DNA of 64,000 nt, taken from NCBI GenBank assembly GCA_965219995.1, contig CBDCOX010000002.1, positions 3,072,001-3,136,000 of the forward strand, in the 5' to 3' direction. Below are positions 1 to 10,245 of the stretch, piece after piece. The stretch comes from Candidatus Latescibacterota bacterium (GTDB lineage: Bacteria; Latescibacterota; UBA2968; GCA-2709665). A program made the translations under genes and the position numbers. Positions within the stretch are counted from its first letter, which is position 1, and each line of letters starts with the position of its first letter. A model generated the notes under the pieces. The model made no database searches. It had not been told where the DNA came from and saw only the letters and a list, made by a program, of their open reading frames with translations.

Positions 1-683
1 TTGAGGTCCCGGAGGCGGCACACCAGTTCCGCGCCCGCCCCCAGGACGTCGGGAGTATCAGGCGCCCGGAGAACCTCGTGCACCGGATCCCCGTCTCTGT
101 GCAGCGAAACCTCGAAAATGGCCATTCCCCGGCCCGCAAGAGGCAGTCGATCGGCCAGATACTCAGGCAGCATCACAGCGTCGCCCACGTAGCCTTCCGC
201 AACCAGCGCCCGCACCTGTCGCCGATCTCCCCAGGGTCCTTCGTGGTGGTCGTGCGCGGTGAGCAGCACAGCCCCGCCGGAAAGCGCGTCCGTCTCGCGC
301 AAGGCGCGAAGCGCCTCGACCGCCGCCGCGATGCCGCCCTTCATATCCGAGGCGCCGGAACCGTACAGGACGCCGTCTTCCAGCCTGGGCGGGACAAAGG
401 GCAGATGCACCGTATCCAGGTGCCCGTCGAACTGCAAGGTGCGTCCCGGCCGCCCGGTGTCCAGCCGGGCCACGACCGCGGGCGCCTCCGGCCAGTCCGC
501 CTCCGGTCGTTCGACCTCGAATCCGTCCCCGGTCAATATGTCCGCCAGGCAATCCGCCGCGGCGCCGGCGCTCCGGGTGGGGCTGGGCACCGCCACAAGC
601 GCCATCGCGGTTTCCAGGAGCCGTTTTCGATGAATCGCGGATCGAATCCTGTTCGGCCTGCCCGTCTCTGACGTGTCGTCCAT
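1..683 (-). CDS. M20/ArgE-DapE family metallohydrolase, runs off the left window edge
   Basis: Manually translated frame absent from the ORF track: ATG at 683, MDDTSETG...LQFDGHLDTVH...LYGSGASDMKGGIAAA. GHLDTV and GxxDMKGG are M20 metal-binding motifs. Confidence 0.85.
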   Translation of the reverse strand, partial: MDDTSETGRPNRIRSAIHRKRLLETAMALVAVPSPTRSAGAAADCLADILTGDGFEVERPEADWPEAPAVVARLDTGRPGRTLQFDGHLDTVHLPFVPPRLEDGVLYGSGASDMKGGIAAAVEALRALRETDALSGGAVLLTAHDHHEGPWGDRRQVRALVAEGYVGDAVMLPEYLADRLPLAGRGMAIFEVSLHRDGDPVHEVLRAPDTPDVLGAGAELVCRLRDL

Positions 684-768
684 GAAACCCTCCCCGGCCA
701 ACGCCCGTACGACCTGTACCGCGCGCGAAATACAGACGTCGGGCGATGGAGAAAAACGGGAAAAATGG

Positions 769-804
769 TTGCGCTGTGTGCAGCAAATGTGGTATACATA
801 TACC
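769..804 (+). promoter_or_regulatory. Candidate promoter (TTGCGC-N18-TATACA, extended -10 TG) overlapping the palindrome GGTATACATATACC
   Basis: Lies in the divergent intergenic region between the M20 gene and the GCS2 gene; dyad at 791-804. Confidence 0.3.
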
Positions 805-935
805 CGGTCGGGGGCGCGCCGCCGGGGGATCGATGAACAATATAGAGCAACTCCGGCGCACTTCAAGTACACAACCGGGCGCCGCCCGGCGGACCGACCA
901 CCGTCGACCCATTCTTTCGGATTCGAGGAGGCAAC

Positions 936-2102
936 GTGACGCGGGGCAGAGCCGACGACCCCCTTGCGATTACGCTGGGCGTGGAGGAGGAGTTCTTCCT
1001 GATCGATCCGGACACGGGCGATCTTCTCCCGGACCCGGACCGCCGGATTTTCGAGGACTGCGAGAACAACCGGGGGCCCCACAAGGTGGTGGCGGAATTC
1101 CTCCGGTCGCAGATAGAAACCACCACAAGAGTCTGCCGGTCCGTGGAAGAGGTCCGCGAGGCCCTGGCGGAGACCCGACGCCTCGTCATCGATGCGGCGG
1201 CAAGCCACGGAGCCGCGGTCATGGCCGCCTCCACACATCCCTTTGCGGCCTGGCACAACCAGGTCGTGACGGCAGGCCGACGCTACGAACAGTTCGCGAT
1301 GACCTATCAGCAGGCGGTTCGCGAACTGCTCGTCGGCGGAATGCACATCCACGCGGGATTCGGCGACGCGGACAGCCGCGTGAGGGTCATGACGGCGCTG
1401 CGCCAGCACCTTCCGCTGCTTCATGCGCTTTCGGCCTCATCCCCGTTCAGCAGCGGTCGGGAAACGGGTTTCAAGTCCTACAGGATCACCCTGTTCAGCA
1501 GTCTGCCGCGCACAGGCCTTCCCGGCCCGCTGCGCAACTGGGAGGAATTCGACCGCCTGGTATCGGAGTACCAGCGCATGGATTTCATTCAGGACAGCAC
1601 CGAATTGTGGTGGCACATCCGGCCGTCCCTGGCCTTTCCGACGGTGGAGTTGCGCATCTGCGACATCTGCCAGACCGTCGATGAGGCCGTGTGCGTTGTG
1701 GCGCTGTATGCTTCGCTGGTGCGTCACCTTCTGCGGCTGGACATGGAGAACCGCCTGCCGCCGGAACCTCCCACGGAGTTGATCGCCGAGAACTGCTGGC
1801 TCGCACAGCGATACGGCGTCCTCGCGTTCCTTGGCAATACCGGGGGCAAGGGACGCACGGATATTGACGAACTCGCCCACGCGCTCGTGGACGAGCTCGC
1901 AGACGATGCACGAGCCCTGGGCTGCGAGTCGGAACTGCGCCATGCTCTGGACGTGATCCGGAAGGGAACGGGCGCTGACCGGCAGATCGATCATTTCCGC
2001 CTGCGCCGTCTGGAAGGCGATTCGGAACCGGAAGCCCTGCGAGAAGTCGTCGACCTCGTGGTGGAGGATACCCGGCGCGGTGTCCCCGGCCTGCCGGGGT
2101 GA
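936..2102 (+). CDS. ybdK: Carboxylate-amine ligase, YbdK/GCS2 family (putative glutamate--cysteine ligase 2)
   Basis: Motifs TLGVEEEFFL, QIETTT, GMHIHAG, SASSPF, WWHIRPS..FPTVELRICD. Confidence 0.9.
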   Translation: MTRGRADDPLAITLGVEEEFFLIDPDTGDLLPDPDRRIFEDCENNRGPHKVVAEFLRSQIETTTRVCRSVEEVREALAETRRLVIDAAASHGAAVMAASTHPFAAWHNQVVTAGRRYEQFAMTYQQAVRELLVGGMHIHAGFGDADSRVRVMTALRQHLPLLHALSASSPFSSGRETGFKSYRITLFSSLPRTGLPGPLRNWEEFDRLVSEYQRMDFIQDSTELWWHIRPSLAFPTVELRICDICQTVDEAVCVVALYASLVRHLLRLDMENRLPPEPPTELIAENCWLAQRYGVLAFLGNTGGKGRTDIDELAHALVDELADDARALGCESELRHALDVIRKGTGADRQIDHFRLRRLEGDSEPEALREVVDLVVEDTRRGVPGLPG

Positions 2103-2932
2103 CAATAAGGAACAATCCATTGTCTTACCAGGAAGTAATCACCCAACTCAAGGCGCAGATCCAGCAAGTCGCCCAACAGTTGATCGATGCCTCGCCCCGG
2201 ATCGCGGGCGCGCTCGCCCTGGCGTTGCTGGGCCTTGCGCTGGCGTACCTGGTCCGCGCGCTGAGCCGGAGGATGATCGCGGGGCTGGACCGGCTGGTCC
2301 CGCGTCTCATGCTGCTCCGGGGACGAGGGGCGGAAATCAGGAACGCCGCCGGCTGGGCCATCGGTCGTGTACTCTTCTGGCTGGTCCTGCTCTTTTTTCT
2401 CACAGCGGCTACGGAACTGCTGGGATTGCCGGTCGTGTCCGTCTGGCTGAACGGTATCGTCGTCTATCTGCCGCAGTTCCTCGCAGCCGTCCTGATTGTG
2501 TTCGCCGGCCTGGTCGGCGGGCAGTTTCTCAGGGACGTCATCAAGGCGACGGGCTTGTCCTACGCGACAGCCCTTGCCCGCCTGGGCCAGGTGTCGGTGG
2601 TGGTCGCAAGCGCCCTCATCGCCGTGAACCAGGCGGGATTGAACGTCGACCTGCTGACCAGCGGGCTTCTGCTCGTCTTCGGAGTCGCCCTCCTCGGCAG
2701 CGCGCTGACGTTTGCTCTGGGGGCCCGTACCACCGTAGCCAACATACTGGCCTCGTACTATCTGCAGAAAACCTACCGTGTCGGTCACCGGGTCAGCATT
2801 GAGAACTTCCAGGGAGAGATTGTTCAGATCACCGCTACCGCTGTGGTGCTGGATGCCGATGAGGGGCGAATCTCGGTTCCGGCGTCGGTCTTTGCCGAAC
2901 AAGCGTCAATTCTGCTCGTAGAGAGGAAATGA
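2099..2932 (+). CDS. Small-conductance mechanosensitive channel family protein with TM-helix repeats (CmpX-like)
   Basis: Several hydrophobic helices, YLPQFLAAVLI, ALTFALGA..VANILA and a C-terminal MscS beta domain (YRVGHRVSI..GEIVQI); overlaps the upstream stop by 4 bp. Confidence 0.8.
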   Translation: MTIRNNPLSYQEVITQLKAQIQQVAQQLIDASPRIAGALALALLGLALAYLVRALSRRMIAGLDRLVPRLMLLRGRGAEIRNAAGWAIGRVLFWLVLLFFLTAATELLGLPVVSVWLNGIVVYLPQFLAAVLIVFAGLVGGQFLRDVIKATGLSYATALARLGQVSVVVASALIAVNQAGLNVDLLTSGLLLVFGVALLGSALTFALGARTTVANILASYYLQKTYRVGHRVSIENFQGEIVQITATAVVLDADEGRISVPASVFAEQASILLVERK

Positions 2933-2936
2933 GACG

Positions 2937-3794
2937 ATGGACAAGGCATCGAATGTGATCGATCACTTCATCCGCGCCCATGCTCCGGAAGCCGCCCGCG
3001 TACTGGAAAACTGCTCGCTGGACGATCTGGCGGCATTTTTTGAAGGGACCCCGCCCGATCTGGCGACGTCCCTTTTCAATACGATGGAATCGAGCATTGC
3101 GGTGGCCTGTCTGGAGCGCATGCCGGCGGCGGAAGCCGGCATCGCCGTGGGCGGGTTGCCGGCGGATCGTGCGGCCCATCTCGTTCGCCGGATGAAGACG
3201 GAGACGAAGGCGGCGATTCTGGAAGCGTTGCCCGCCGATTTCACCAGGCATCTGAATCGCCTGCTGCGTTACCGTGAGGAGACCGCGGGCGCATTGATGG
3301 AGTCGATGGTTTTCACCGTCCCGCCGGAGGTCTCCGCCGGCGAGGCGCTGGACCGGTTGCAGACAAGCCCGGCCCGCGTTCTGTATTACCTGTATGCCGT
3401 GGATCGAGATCAGACACTGGCGGGCGTCATCAGTCTCAAGGATCTTCTGGGCGCCGATGAAGGGAGTTCCGTCGCTTCGATCATGCGCAGGGAGGTGATG
3501 TTCCTGCGAACGGAAGATTCGGTGGCTTCGGTGCTCGTCCATCCTTCCTGGATGGAATATCACACCCTGCCCGTACTCGATGAGCAGGGCCTGTTCGCAG
3601 GGGCGCTACGCCACAAGACCCTCTGTCAACTGGCCGGGCACACGGATCGGCTTCTGCGCCCCGGCCAGGCAGGAACGGCGCTGGGAGAGTTATACCGCAT
3701 CGGACTGTCGGCCCTGGCCAAGAGCGCACTCGGGGCGGAAGACCTCCAACCGTCCATTGGAGATCGTCCCGGATTCGCAAGGAGTGCCGAATGA
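2937..3794 (+). CDS. Soluble MgtE N-domain + CBS-pair protein (no membrane domain)
   Basis: Helical MgtE_N-like region, LRYREETAGALM, YYLYAVD...LAGVISLKDLL CBS pair; no TM segments. Confidence 0.8.
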   Translation: MDKASNVIDHFIRAHAPEAARVLENCSLDDLAAFFEGTPPDLATSLFNTMESSIAVACLERMPAAEAGIAVGGLPADRAAHLVRRMKTETKAAILEALPADFTRHLNRLLRYREETAGALMESMVFTVPPEVSAGEALDRLQTSPARVLYYLYAVDRDQTLAGVISLKDLLGADEGSSVASIMRREVMFLRTEDSVASVLVHPSWMEYHTLPVLDEQGLFAGALRHKTLCQLAGHTDRLLRPGQAGTALGELYRIGLSALAKSALGAEDLQPSIGDRPGFARSAE

Positions 3795-5110
3795 TGGAAA
3801 ACACGAAGGCTTCGCAGGCCCTGATTCGGGCCTTTTTTCGACTCCACCCCGGAGAGGCCGCCCGGGCGCTGGCCTCGACGCCCGTCCCCGAGGCTCTCGA
3901 TCTGCTTGAAACTCAGGCTGGCGACCGGGGCGCGCAGGTCTTCCAACGTCTCGACCCGGATCGGGCCGTGGCACTCATGGAACACATGGAGGATCCCCTG
4001 TTCCGGAGGCTCTGGAGCGCGATGGACGAAGGGGCCGCCGCCTCACTCCTGGCCCGGCTGTCGCCGGAGAACCGTTCCGCGCGTCTTTCTTCGCTGCCCG
4101 TCAGATTGGCTGACGAAATGAAGGAACTGATGAGCTACCCGCCCGGGTCGGCCGGCCAGATCATGGATTGCTCGGTCACCGTTTTCAGCGCCGAGGAGAC
4201 CGCGGAGGAAGCGCTCACCCGCATCCGCTCGTTTCCTGAGCGCCGCATTCTGGATCTGTGCGTCGTGGATGATGACGGGAAGCTGACCGCGGTGCTTCCG
4301 CTTCAGGAAGTCGCGGTCGCCCAGCCCGATGACCGCCTTGGACAGCTCGCGCATGGCCCGCCTGTCTACGTGCAGGCCATGTCATCGAGGGAGGAAGTCG
4401 TTGAATTGCTCGAGGCCCACAAATTGGCCTCGCTGCCGGTCATTGGCGGTGTCGACGGCGGGCTTTGCGGAATCATCCGGCACGATGCCCTGGTGGTGGC
4501 CGCCAGGCACGAGGCAAGCGGAAACGTGCAGACGATGGTCGGCGCCGGACGGGAGGAACGCGCCCTTTCCGGGCCGGTGCTTGCCGTGCGCAACCGGCTG
4601 CCATGGCTGCAGGTCAATCTGGGTACGGCCTTTCTGGCCGCCGCGGCGGTCGCCCTGTTCGAGGATACCATCGCCAGGTTTACCGCTCTGGCCATATTTC
4701 TGCCGGTGGTCGCGGGCCAGGCGGGCAATACCGGCGCACAGGCGCTGGCCGTGGCCTCTCGCGGCCTGGCGCTGCGCGAATTCAGGCCGCGACGATGGTT
4801 TCCCGTTGCCCGCAAGGAATTGCTGGCCGGGTTTGTCAACGGACTCGCCGTGGCGCTGGTCGCGTCCCTGGCAGCCTACCTGTGGTCCGGAACGGCCGGG
4901 CTTCCGCTCGTTCTGGGCGTGTCCATGGTGTTTTCCATGTCCATGGCCAGTCTCACCGGGGCGCTCATTCCCATTGTGCTTACCGCTTTGGGAAAGGACC
5001 CGGCCCAGTCGGCGTCGATCTTCCTGACCACCGTAACCGACGTCATCGGATTCGTCAGCTTTCTGGGCCTGGCCACCCTGATGGCCACATCATTCGGGAT
5101 GACATTGTAG
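3791..5110 (+). CDS. mgtE: Magnesium transporter MgtE
   Basis: YPPGSAGQIM, CBS pair, RLPWL, GQAGNTGAQ, DPAQSA..LTTVTDVIG with the conserved TM5 Asp. Confidence 0.9.
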   Translation: MMENTKASQALIRAFFRLHPGEAARALASTPVPEALDLLETQAGDRGAQVFQRLDPDRAVALMEHMEDPLFRRLWSAMDEGAAASLLARLSPENRSARLSSLPVRLADEMKELMSYPPGSAGQIMDCSVTVFSAEETAEEALTRIRSFPERRILDLCVVDDDGKLTAVLPLQEVAVAQPDDRLGQLAHGPPVYVQAMSSREEVVELLEAHKLASLPVIGGVDGGLCGIIRHDALVVAARHEASGNVQTMVGAGREERALSGPVLAVRNRLPWLQVNLGTAFLAAAAVALFEDTIARFTALAIFLPVVAGQAGNTGAQALAVASRGLALREFRPRRWFPVARKELLAGFVNGLAVALVASLAAYLWSGTAGLPLVLGVSMVFSMSMASLTGALIPIVLTALGKDPAQSASIFLTTVTDVIGFVSFLGLATLMATSFGMTL

Positions 5111-5114
5111 CGTA

Positions 5115-5421
5115 AGGAAGAAGGAAAACCTGAGAGCGGGGAGACGTAAGACGGGAGACGGTAGATGACGTCCTTGCCCAATTGGTTCTTCCCTTATGCC
5201 TCTGGCAAAAAATGAAACCACACGGGGCAATTAAACCCGTCAGACGCAAGACGGTAGACGGTAGTTGAAGGCGGTGAGACGGTAGAGGGTAGACGGTAGA
5301 TGATAACGTTACCACAGTGCTTTTCACGCTAACCGTGCCTGTTTCTTTACCGAAATGGTAACGACGAGAAAGACCATAGGGCACGGATATCATCTCCCGT
5401 CTCACGTCTCCCGTCTCACCA
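5115..5421 (+). repeat. Modular heptamer-armed hairpin element, copy 1 (leader + core A + core B)
   Basis: GAGACG(G/T) heptamer arms, core A at 5165, core B at 5300, inverted CATCTCCCGTCTCACGTCTC arm; homologous to 7 other loci in the window. Confidence 0.9.
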
Positions 5422-5451
5422 GGGGGTGAGGGGTTGGTGGGAGAGGTCCTG

Positions 5452-6228
5452 CTATTTCCCACCCCCGCTATCCGGCTTCAACGTTCGAATCAACTCGATG
5501 ATGTCGTCCGTAACGTCCATAATATGTACCCCCGCGGGGACGACGAATTCGAACTGTTCTTCGTCGAACTTTACGTTTGTTTTCATCGTTTCAAACTCCC
5601 GCGACAGCAGCTCCCGGTCCTGCGCGTTATAGTACCTCATCTCCCGTAACAGGCCATCCTCGGGGTGGACCGAGAAACGGACCCTGGCAGGCGGTTCCGG
5701 CAGGTCCGCGTAAAGCAGCGTGACCTCGGGTACGGCCTCGAACACGCGAAGAATCTCGCCCTTCAACGTGTCCGTTCCGGAATATCTGATCGACTTCCAT
5801 TTCAGCGCACGGAAGGGGTGCAAGGGATTCGGCTGGTCCGCGTCCGCCTCCACCTGCGTCGCCCGATAGACCCTCGCCGCGTTGACACGGTAGACGATCT
5901 TCTCCTCGGGGTCGTATCGCCACAACAGGCTGCCGTCCGAAACGATCGTCTGACGGATCCGGCCGGCCAGCACACGAGCAACGTGCATCCTGACCGGCGC
6001 CTGTATGGCGATATCGTCCAGAATCTCAACTTGCTCGCCTTCGACGGTCAGCAGCTGTCTGACCCGCGTTTCACAGGTCTTTACCGATTTCAGCTTTTCC
6101 TGAATCGCGACCATCAGACCATCGGTTTTGGAATCGCCGGTTGACATTTTCTCCGCGCTCGCCGGTCCACTCACTGCTGTCGCACACAGGGCAAGACAGA
6201 CCGCCAGCGTTATCCGAACGCTAAACAT
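5452..6228 (-). CDS. LolA-like outer-membrane lipoprotein carrier/sorting protein
   Basis: AGGAG RBS before ATG 6228, signal peptide, IVSDGSLLWRYDPEEKIV, FEFVVPAGVHIMD. Confidence 0.75.
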   Translation of the reverse strand: MFSVRITLAVCLALCATAVSGPASAEKMSTGDSKTDGLMVAIQEKLKSVKTCETRVRQLLTVEGEQVEILDDIAIQAPVRMHVARVLAGRIRQTIVSDGSLLWRYDPEEKIVYRVNAARVYRATQVEADADQPNPLHPFRALKWKSIRYSGTDTLKGEILRVFEAVPEVTLLYADLPEPPARVRFSVHPEDGLLREMRYYNAQDRELLSREFETMKTNVKFDEEQFEFVVPAGVHIMDVTDDIIELIRTLKPDSGGGK

Positions 6229-6294
6229 GAAGGAACTCCTTTCACGGCCGACAGGTTGCAAACTCCTGGCCTCGCATCCATCGTCAGACGCCCG

Positions 6295-7035
6295 TTACAA
6301 TTTACGGAAGATCACTCCCACAATCAGCCCCGCGGCCAGCGCCACGACAACCGAGACCACGCCGTACAGCCCCCCGTTCCGGAAGGCGACGTTGGAAATC
6401 GCCCGTACAAGCCCGGTTTTTTCGACGGAAAACGTCCGGACCGTCTCCGAAACCGGATGGTGTTCCCGGAAGCAGTAGAGTGTCGCACGGTACACTCCGG
6501 GTCGAACGGCGGCCGGAATCCGGAACTCGGATCGAAAAACGTCGAATGCGCCGTCCCCGTCCGACATCTCAATGGAGCCGGGACGCACCGCGTAGAATCC
6601 GCGTTGGGTCTTCAGGCGAAGGAACTCGTTGAACACGAACCCGTCATCGCCGGGAGGCGACTGCTGGACGGCGACGCTTCGCCGCAACGCGTCATACCCT
6701 TCCCCGACGGCTTCCAACTGCCGTTCGACGTGCGACGAATCGGACGAAGCGGCCACCAGATAAAGCCCCGGCAAAGCGTCGAACACCACACGGCCTGCGC
6801 TCATCCACAAAGGGCCGCGTTTGTCCTTTCTGCGATACGTGACAGCGCGCCGTTCCCCTTCCAATTTCAAAACGACCCGGCAATCCGCCGGCACCGTTCC
6901 AGTCACAACAAGCCCGGCGCCCCGGAAGAAAAGGTCGACCTCAACGCGCGAAGGAGACAGCTGGAGCGACGGTTCCGCCGCGCACGGCGCGGAAAGAAGC
7001 GTCGTCAACAGCCAGGCGCAGACCCGACCGTTCAT
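6295..7035 (-). CDS. TIGR02186-family membrane protein (usual partner of TauE/SafE exporter)
   Basis: Start MNGRVCAW overlaps the tauE stop; RRKDKRGPLWM, PGLYLVA, VEKTGLVRAI and a C-terminal TM (LYGVVSVVVALAAG). The 607-aa ORF call is over-extended at its N-terminus. Confidence 0.8.
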   Translation of the reverse strand: MNGRVCAWLLTTLLSAPCAAEPSLQLSPSRVEVDLFFRGAGLVVTGTVPADCRVVLKLEGERRAVTYRRKDKRGPLWMSAGRVVFDALPGLYLVAASSDSSHVERQLEAVGEGYDALRRSVAVQQSPPGDDGFVFNEFLRLKTQRGFYAVRPGSIEMSDGDGAFDVFRSEFRIPAAVRPGVYRATLYCFREHHPVSETVRTFSVEKTGLVRAISNVAFRNGGLYGVVSVVVALAAGLIVGVIFRKL

Positions 7036-8024
7036 CCGCGACCTCCTCGGACTGTAAGCAGAACAGGTGGTTCCGAGAGGAGTTCGATCAGCATGATCCC
7101 CATCACCAGGAGCACAATCGCCGCTAAAAACATCTTGAACTGCTCCGCGCCCAGACGCCGGCCGATCCGGACACCCGCCTGCGTCCCCAGCGTCGAGCCC
7201 GCAAGCAGCATCAAGGCGAGCACGAAGTCCACGGTATGGTTCGTATAGGCATGCAGCAGGGTCACGTTGATGCACGTAAACATCACCTGCAGGAGGCTGG
7301 TCCCGACCACCACCGGCATGGGCATCTTCAACACGTACAGCATGGTCGGTACCATAATGAAGCCGCCGCCCACGCCCATAATCGCGGCGAGCATACCCAC
7401 CAGGATTCCGAGGCCCAGCGGAACCAGCACGGACATGGTCGCACCGGCTGTTTCGAACCGAATTCTCCACGGCAACGCCCGGTTGAGCCCGGAGAACCAG
7501 GACGCCACCCGCGCCATCCGGTTCACCAGGGCCAGAGGACGTTCCGCCCAGGTGATCCGGAATTCCTCCCTGGGGCGGCCCACCGCCTTTGCCGCTGTTC
7601 CCCCGCGCAACCCCACGAGCCCGTCCACGAACATAATGCCGCCCACCGACGCCAGCATGAGCACGTAGCTGATATGGATGACCAGGTCCGCGCTGCCGAC
7701 GGCCCGCAGCGCCTTGATCAGTTGCACGCCTGCCGTACCGCCAGCGACCCCGCCCACAATCAGAACGGCAGCCATCCGCAGATCGACGTTTTTCAACCTC
7801 CAGTGGGCATAGACGCCGGACGCAGAGGCCGCCACGATCTGATTGGCGTCGGATGCCGCGGCAATCGTGGGCGGGATTCCGATCATAATCAGCAGAGGCG
7901 TCAGCAGAAACCCCCCGCCCACGCCGAACAGACCGGAAAGCACACCCACGCCGGCTCCCAGCGTCAACAGAAGCCACAAATTGACGCTCGTGCCCGCAAT
8001 AGGCAGATACAAGGAGAGATCCAC
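7032..8024 (-). CDS. Sulfite exporter TauE/SafE (TSUP) family protein
   Basis: MDLSLYLPIAG, LSGLFGVGGGFLLTPLL, IMGVGGGFIMVP, VVGTSL. Confidence 0.92.
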   Translation of the reverse strand: MDLSLYLPIAGTSVNLWLLLTLGAGVGVLSGLFGVGGGFLLTPLLIMIGIPPTIAAASDANQIVAASASGVYAHWRLKNVDLRMAAVLIVGGVAGGTAGVQLIKALRAVGSADLVIHISYVLMLASVGGIMFVDGLVGLRGGTAAKAVGRPREEFRITWAERPLALVNRMARVASWFSGLNRALPWRIRFETAGATMSVLVPLGLGILVGMLAAIMGVGGGFIMVPTMLYVLKMPMPVVVGTSLLQVMFTCINVTLLHAYTNHTVDFVLALMLLAGSTLGTQAGVRIGRRLGAEQFKMFLAAIVLLVMGIMLIELLSEPPVLLTVRGGRG

Positions 8025-8392
8025 GCCGTCCTCCTGAAAACGCGCTGCGAGACGCGAAAGAGACAGATCTCATAATCTCCCACGCGCGGTGAAAAGTCAA
8101 GCGGAAACCCGGGTTCAACGTCCGCCCCGGACGCAGGGATCTCCGCCGGAACGGGGCCCGGCCAGGGCACGAAGAACCGCGACTGCCAAGTGCTCAGGCC
8201 GTTCCAATTTCTCTTTCAAATTCAGGTGCAACAGCTTAGATTCCAATTCGCGGAACCGTCGGTCTCGGCCGGCGATATCCGCAAGTCCAGGGCCCGCTGC
8301 AGATTCGCTCGGATTGCAGCAGAGAAGCACTGAGTTTACTGGCCCGATAGTATTCTTACCGTTCGCTCTACGTTCATTCCGTCTCGCTGAAA

Positions 8393-8495
8393 CGTGGTCA
8401 TTGAGCTTGTCGAAATGCCCGCGTTTCACTATCCGTACGGGGCCAATCGACATCCCTTCGCCGACCCTTCGACAAGCTCAGGGAGCGGCTCAGGG
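8393..8495. repeat. REP-like palindromic element (GTCATTGAGCTTGTCGAAATG ... CCCTTCGACAAGCTCAGGG), copy 1
   Basis: Inverted arms; near-identical copy at 41570-41683. Confidence 0.8.
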
Positions 8496-8548
8496 CTGAC
8501 GCGCTGGTTCCTGAATCTGTCGAAGCTTCTTCGCTGAGGAGAGGGTCC

Positions 8549-10225
8549 ATGCCTCGCCTGACCGGCGGCCGGTTCATCGCTGAGACGTTTCACGGATATG
8601 GCATTACCCATGTGTTTTTCATGCCCGTGATCGCGCCTCGCGCCCTGATGGAAATGGAACGGCTGGGAATCCGGCGCATTATGACCCACGGTGAGAAAAG
8701 CGCGGCCTATATGGCCGACGCCTATGCGCGCGTCCGCCGGGGCGCGGGCATCTGCATGGCGCAATCCGTTGGCGCCGCAAACCTCGCTGCCGGGTTGCAG
8801 GACGCGTACCTCGCCTGTTCTCCGGTTATCGCCGTCACCGGGCGTCAGACCCAGATCAACCGGCACCGGCACGCGTACCAGGAAGTGGACCACGTTGCGC
8901 CGTTCGATGCCGTCACGAAATACAACGTTCTGGTGGACCGGCCCGAGCAGTTGCCCTATTTCCTCCGGCAGGCCTTCAGGGAAGCCACGACCGCAACGCC
9001 CGGGCCCGTGCACCTCGACATGGCGGGATTCATCGGCGAGGTGGTCGTGAACGACGAAGCCGTTCTGTACGTGGTCGCCGAAGAACCCTTCGCCCAATTG
9101 CCCCCCTTCCGGCCCGAGCCCGATCCGGAAGCCGTTCGCAGGGCGATCGATCTGCTAGCGGCCGCGGAACGGCCGATACTCGTCGCCGGCGGAGGAGTCA
9201 TCGCGTCGGGCGCCGGGGCGGAGCTTCAGGCATTCGCGGAGAAGCTCGCCATTCCGGTCGCAACGTCGTTGAACGCCAAAGAGGCCCTTCCTTATAACCA
9301 TCCCCTCGGCGTGGGCGTCTGCGGGCTGTACTCCCGCGAATGCGCGAACCGCGCCGTTTGCGAGGCCGACCTGGTCTTCTTTATCGGAAGCCACACCGGC
9401 GGACAGGTCACGAACGACTGGACGGTCCCTCCAGCCGGCACCCATGTCATTCAGCTCGACATCAACCCGGCTGAAATCGGACGCTCCTACCCGATCCGCC
9501 TCGGAATTCAGGCCGACGCGAAAGCCGGGCTGTCAAGACTGATCGACGCCGCGGCCGCGGCCGTCACGCGCAACGACTGGACGTCGCGCGTCCGGCAACT
9601 CGCCGCCCAATGGCGGGAAAGCGTGGCCCCGTACGTCAACTCGGACGAGATACCCATCCGTCCGGAGCGCCTCTGCCGGGAACTGACCCGGCACCTGCCC
9701 TCCGACGCCATTCTCGTTTCCGATACCGGACACGCCGGAATCTGGACGGGAACCATGATCGATCTCAACCATCCGCGTCAGTCCTACATCCGATGCTCCG
9801 GCTCCCTCGGCTGGGGCATTCCCGCGGCCGTCGGCGCCAGGTGCGCCGCTCCGGACCGGCCGGTCGTGTGCTTTACGGGCGACGGCGGCATCTGGTATCA
9901 CGTCACGGAACTGGACACGGCCGTTCGAAACGACATTCCCGTTGTCATCGTGGTGAACAACAACCATTCCCTGAACCAGGAAAAGGGAATCAACGAAGAT
10001 ATCTACGGCGGCCCGGAACCGGGGTCCGACGAACTCTGGCACATGACCGACGGTGACTTTGCGAAAATGGCGGAGTCTATGGGCTGCGTGGGCATCACGG
10101 TCCGGCGCGCCGCGGAGTTCGGGAGCGCCCTGGAACAGGCGATCGGGTCGGGAAGACCCGCCGTTATCGACGTCAAGACCCACATAGACGGGATCGCGCC
10201 GCAGGCCTGGTCGCCGCCGGACTGA
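8549..10225 (+). CDS. Thiamine-pyrophosphate-binding enzyme (acetolactate synthase-like family)
   Basis: HGEKSAAYMADAYAR, PGPVHLD, TGDGG...NNN TPP motif; GAGG RBS. Confidence 0.9.
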   Translation: MPRLTGGRFIAETFHGYGITHVFFMPVIAPRALMEMERLGIRRIMTHGEKSAAYMADAYARVRRGAGICMAQSVGAANLAAGLQDAYLACSPVIAVTGRQTQINRHRHAYQEVDHVAPFDAVTKYNVLVDRPEQLPYFLRQAFREATTATPGPVHLDMAGFIGEVVVNDEAVLYVVAEEPFAQLPPFRPEPDPEAVRRAIDLLAAAERPILVAGGGVIASGAGAELQAFAEKLAIPVATSLNAKEALPYNHPLGVGVCGLYSRECANRAVCEADLVFFIGSHTGGQVTNDWTVPPAGTHVIQLDINPAEIGRSYPIRLGIQADAKAGLSRLIDAAAAAVTRNDWTSRVRQLAAQWRESVAPYVNSDEIPIRPERLCRELTRHLPSDAILVSDTGHAGIWTGTMIDLNHPRQSYIRCSGSLGWGIPAAVGARCAAPDRPVVCFTGDGGIWYHVTELDTAVRNDIPVVIVVNNNHSLNQEKGINEDIYGGPEPGSDELWHMTDGDFAKMAESMGCVGITVRRAAEFGSALEQAIGSGRPAVIDVKTHIDGIAPQAWSPPD

Positions 10226-10245
10226 AACGGGAAGGGGATGACCCT

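Noticed and set aside
5115-5421. Integron attC sites
   Set aside because: No consistent RYYYAAC...GTTRRRY ends, the flanking genes are housekeeping genes in mixed orientation, and there is no integrase.
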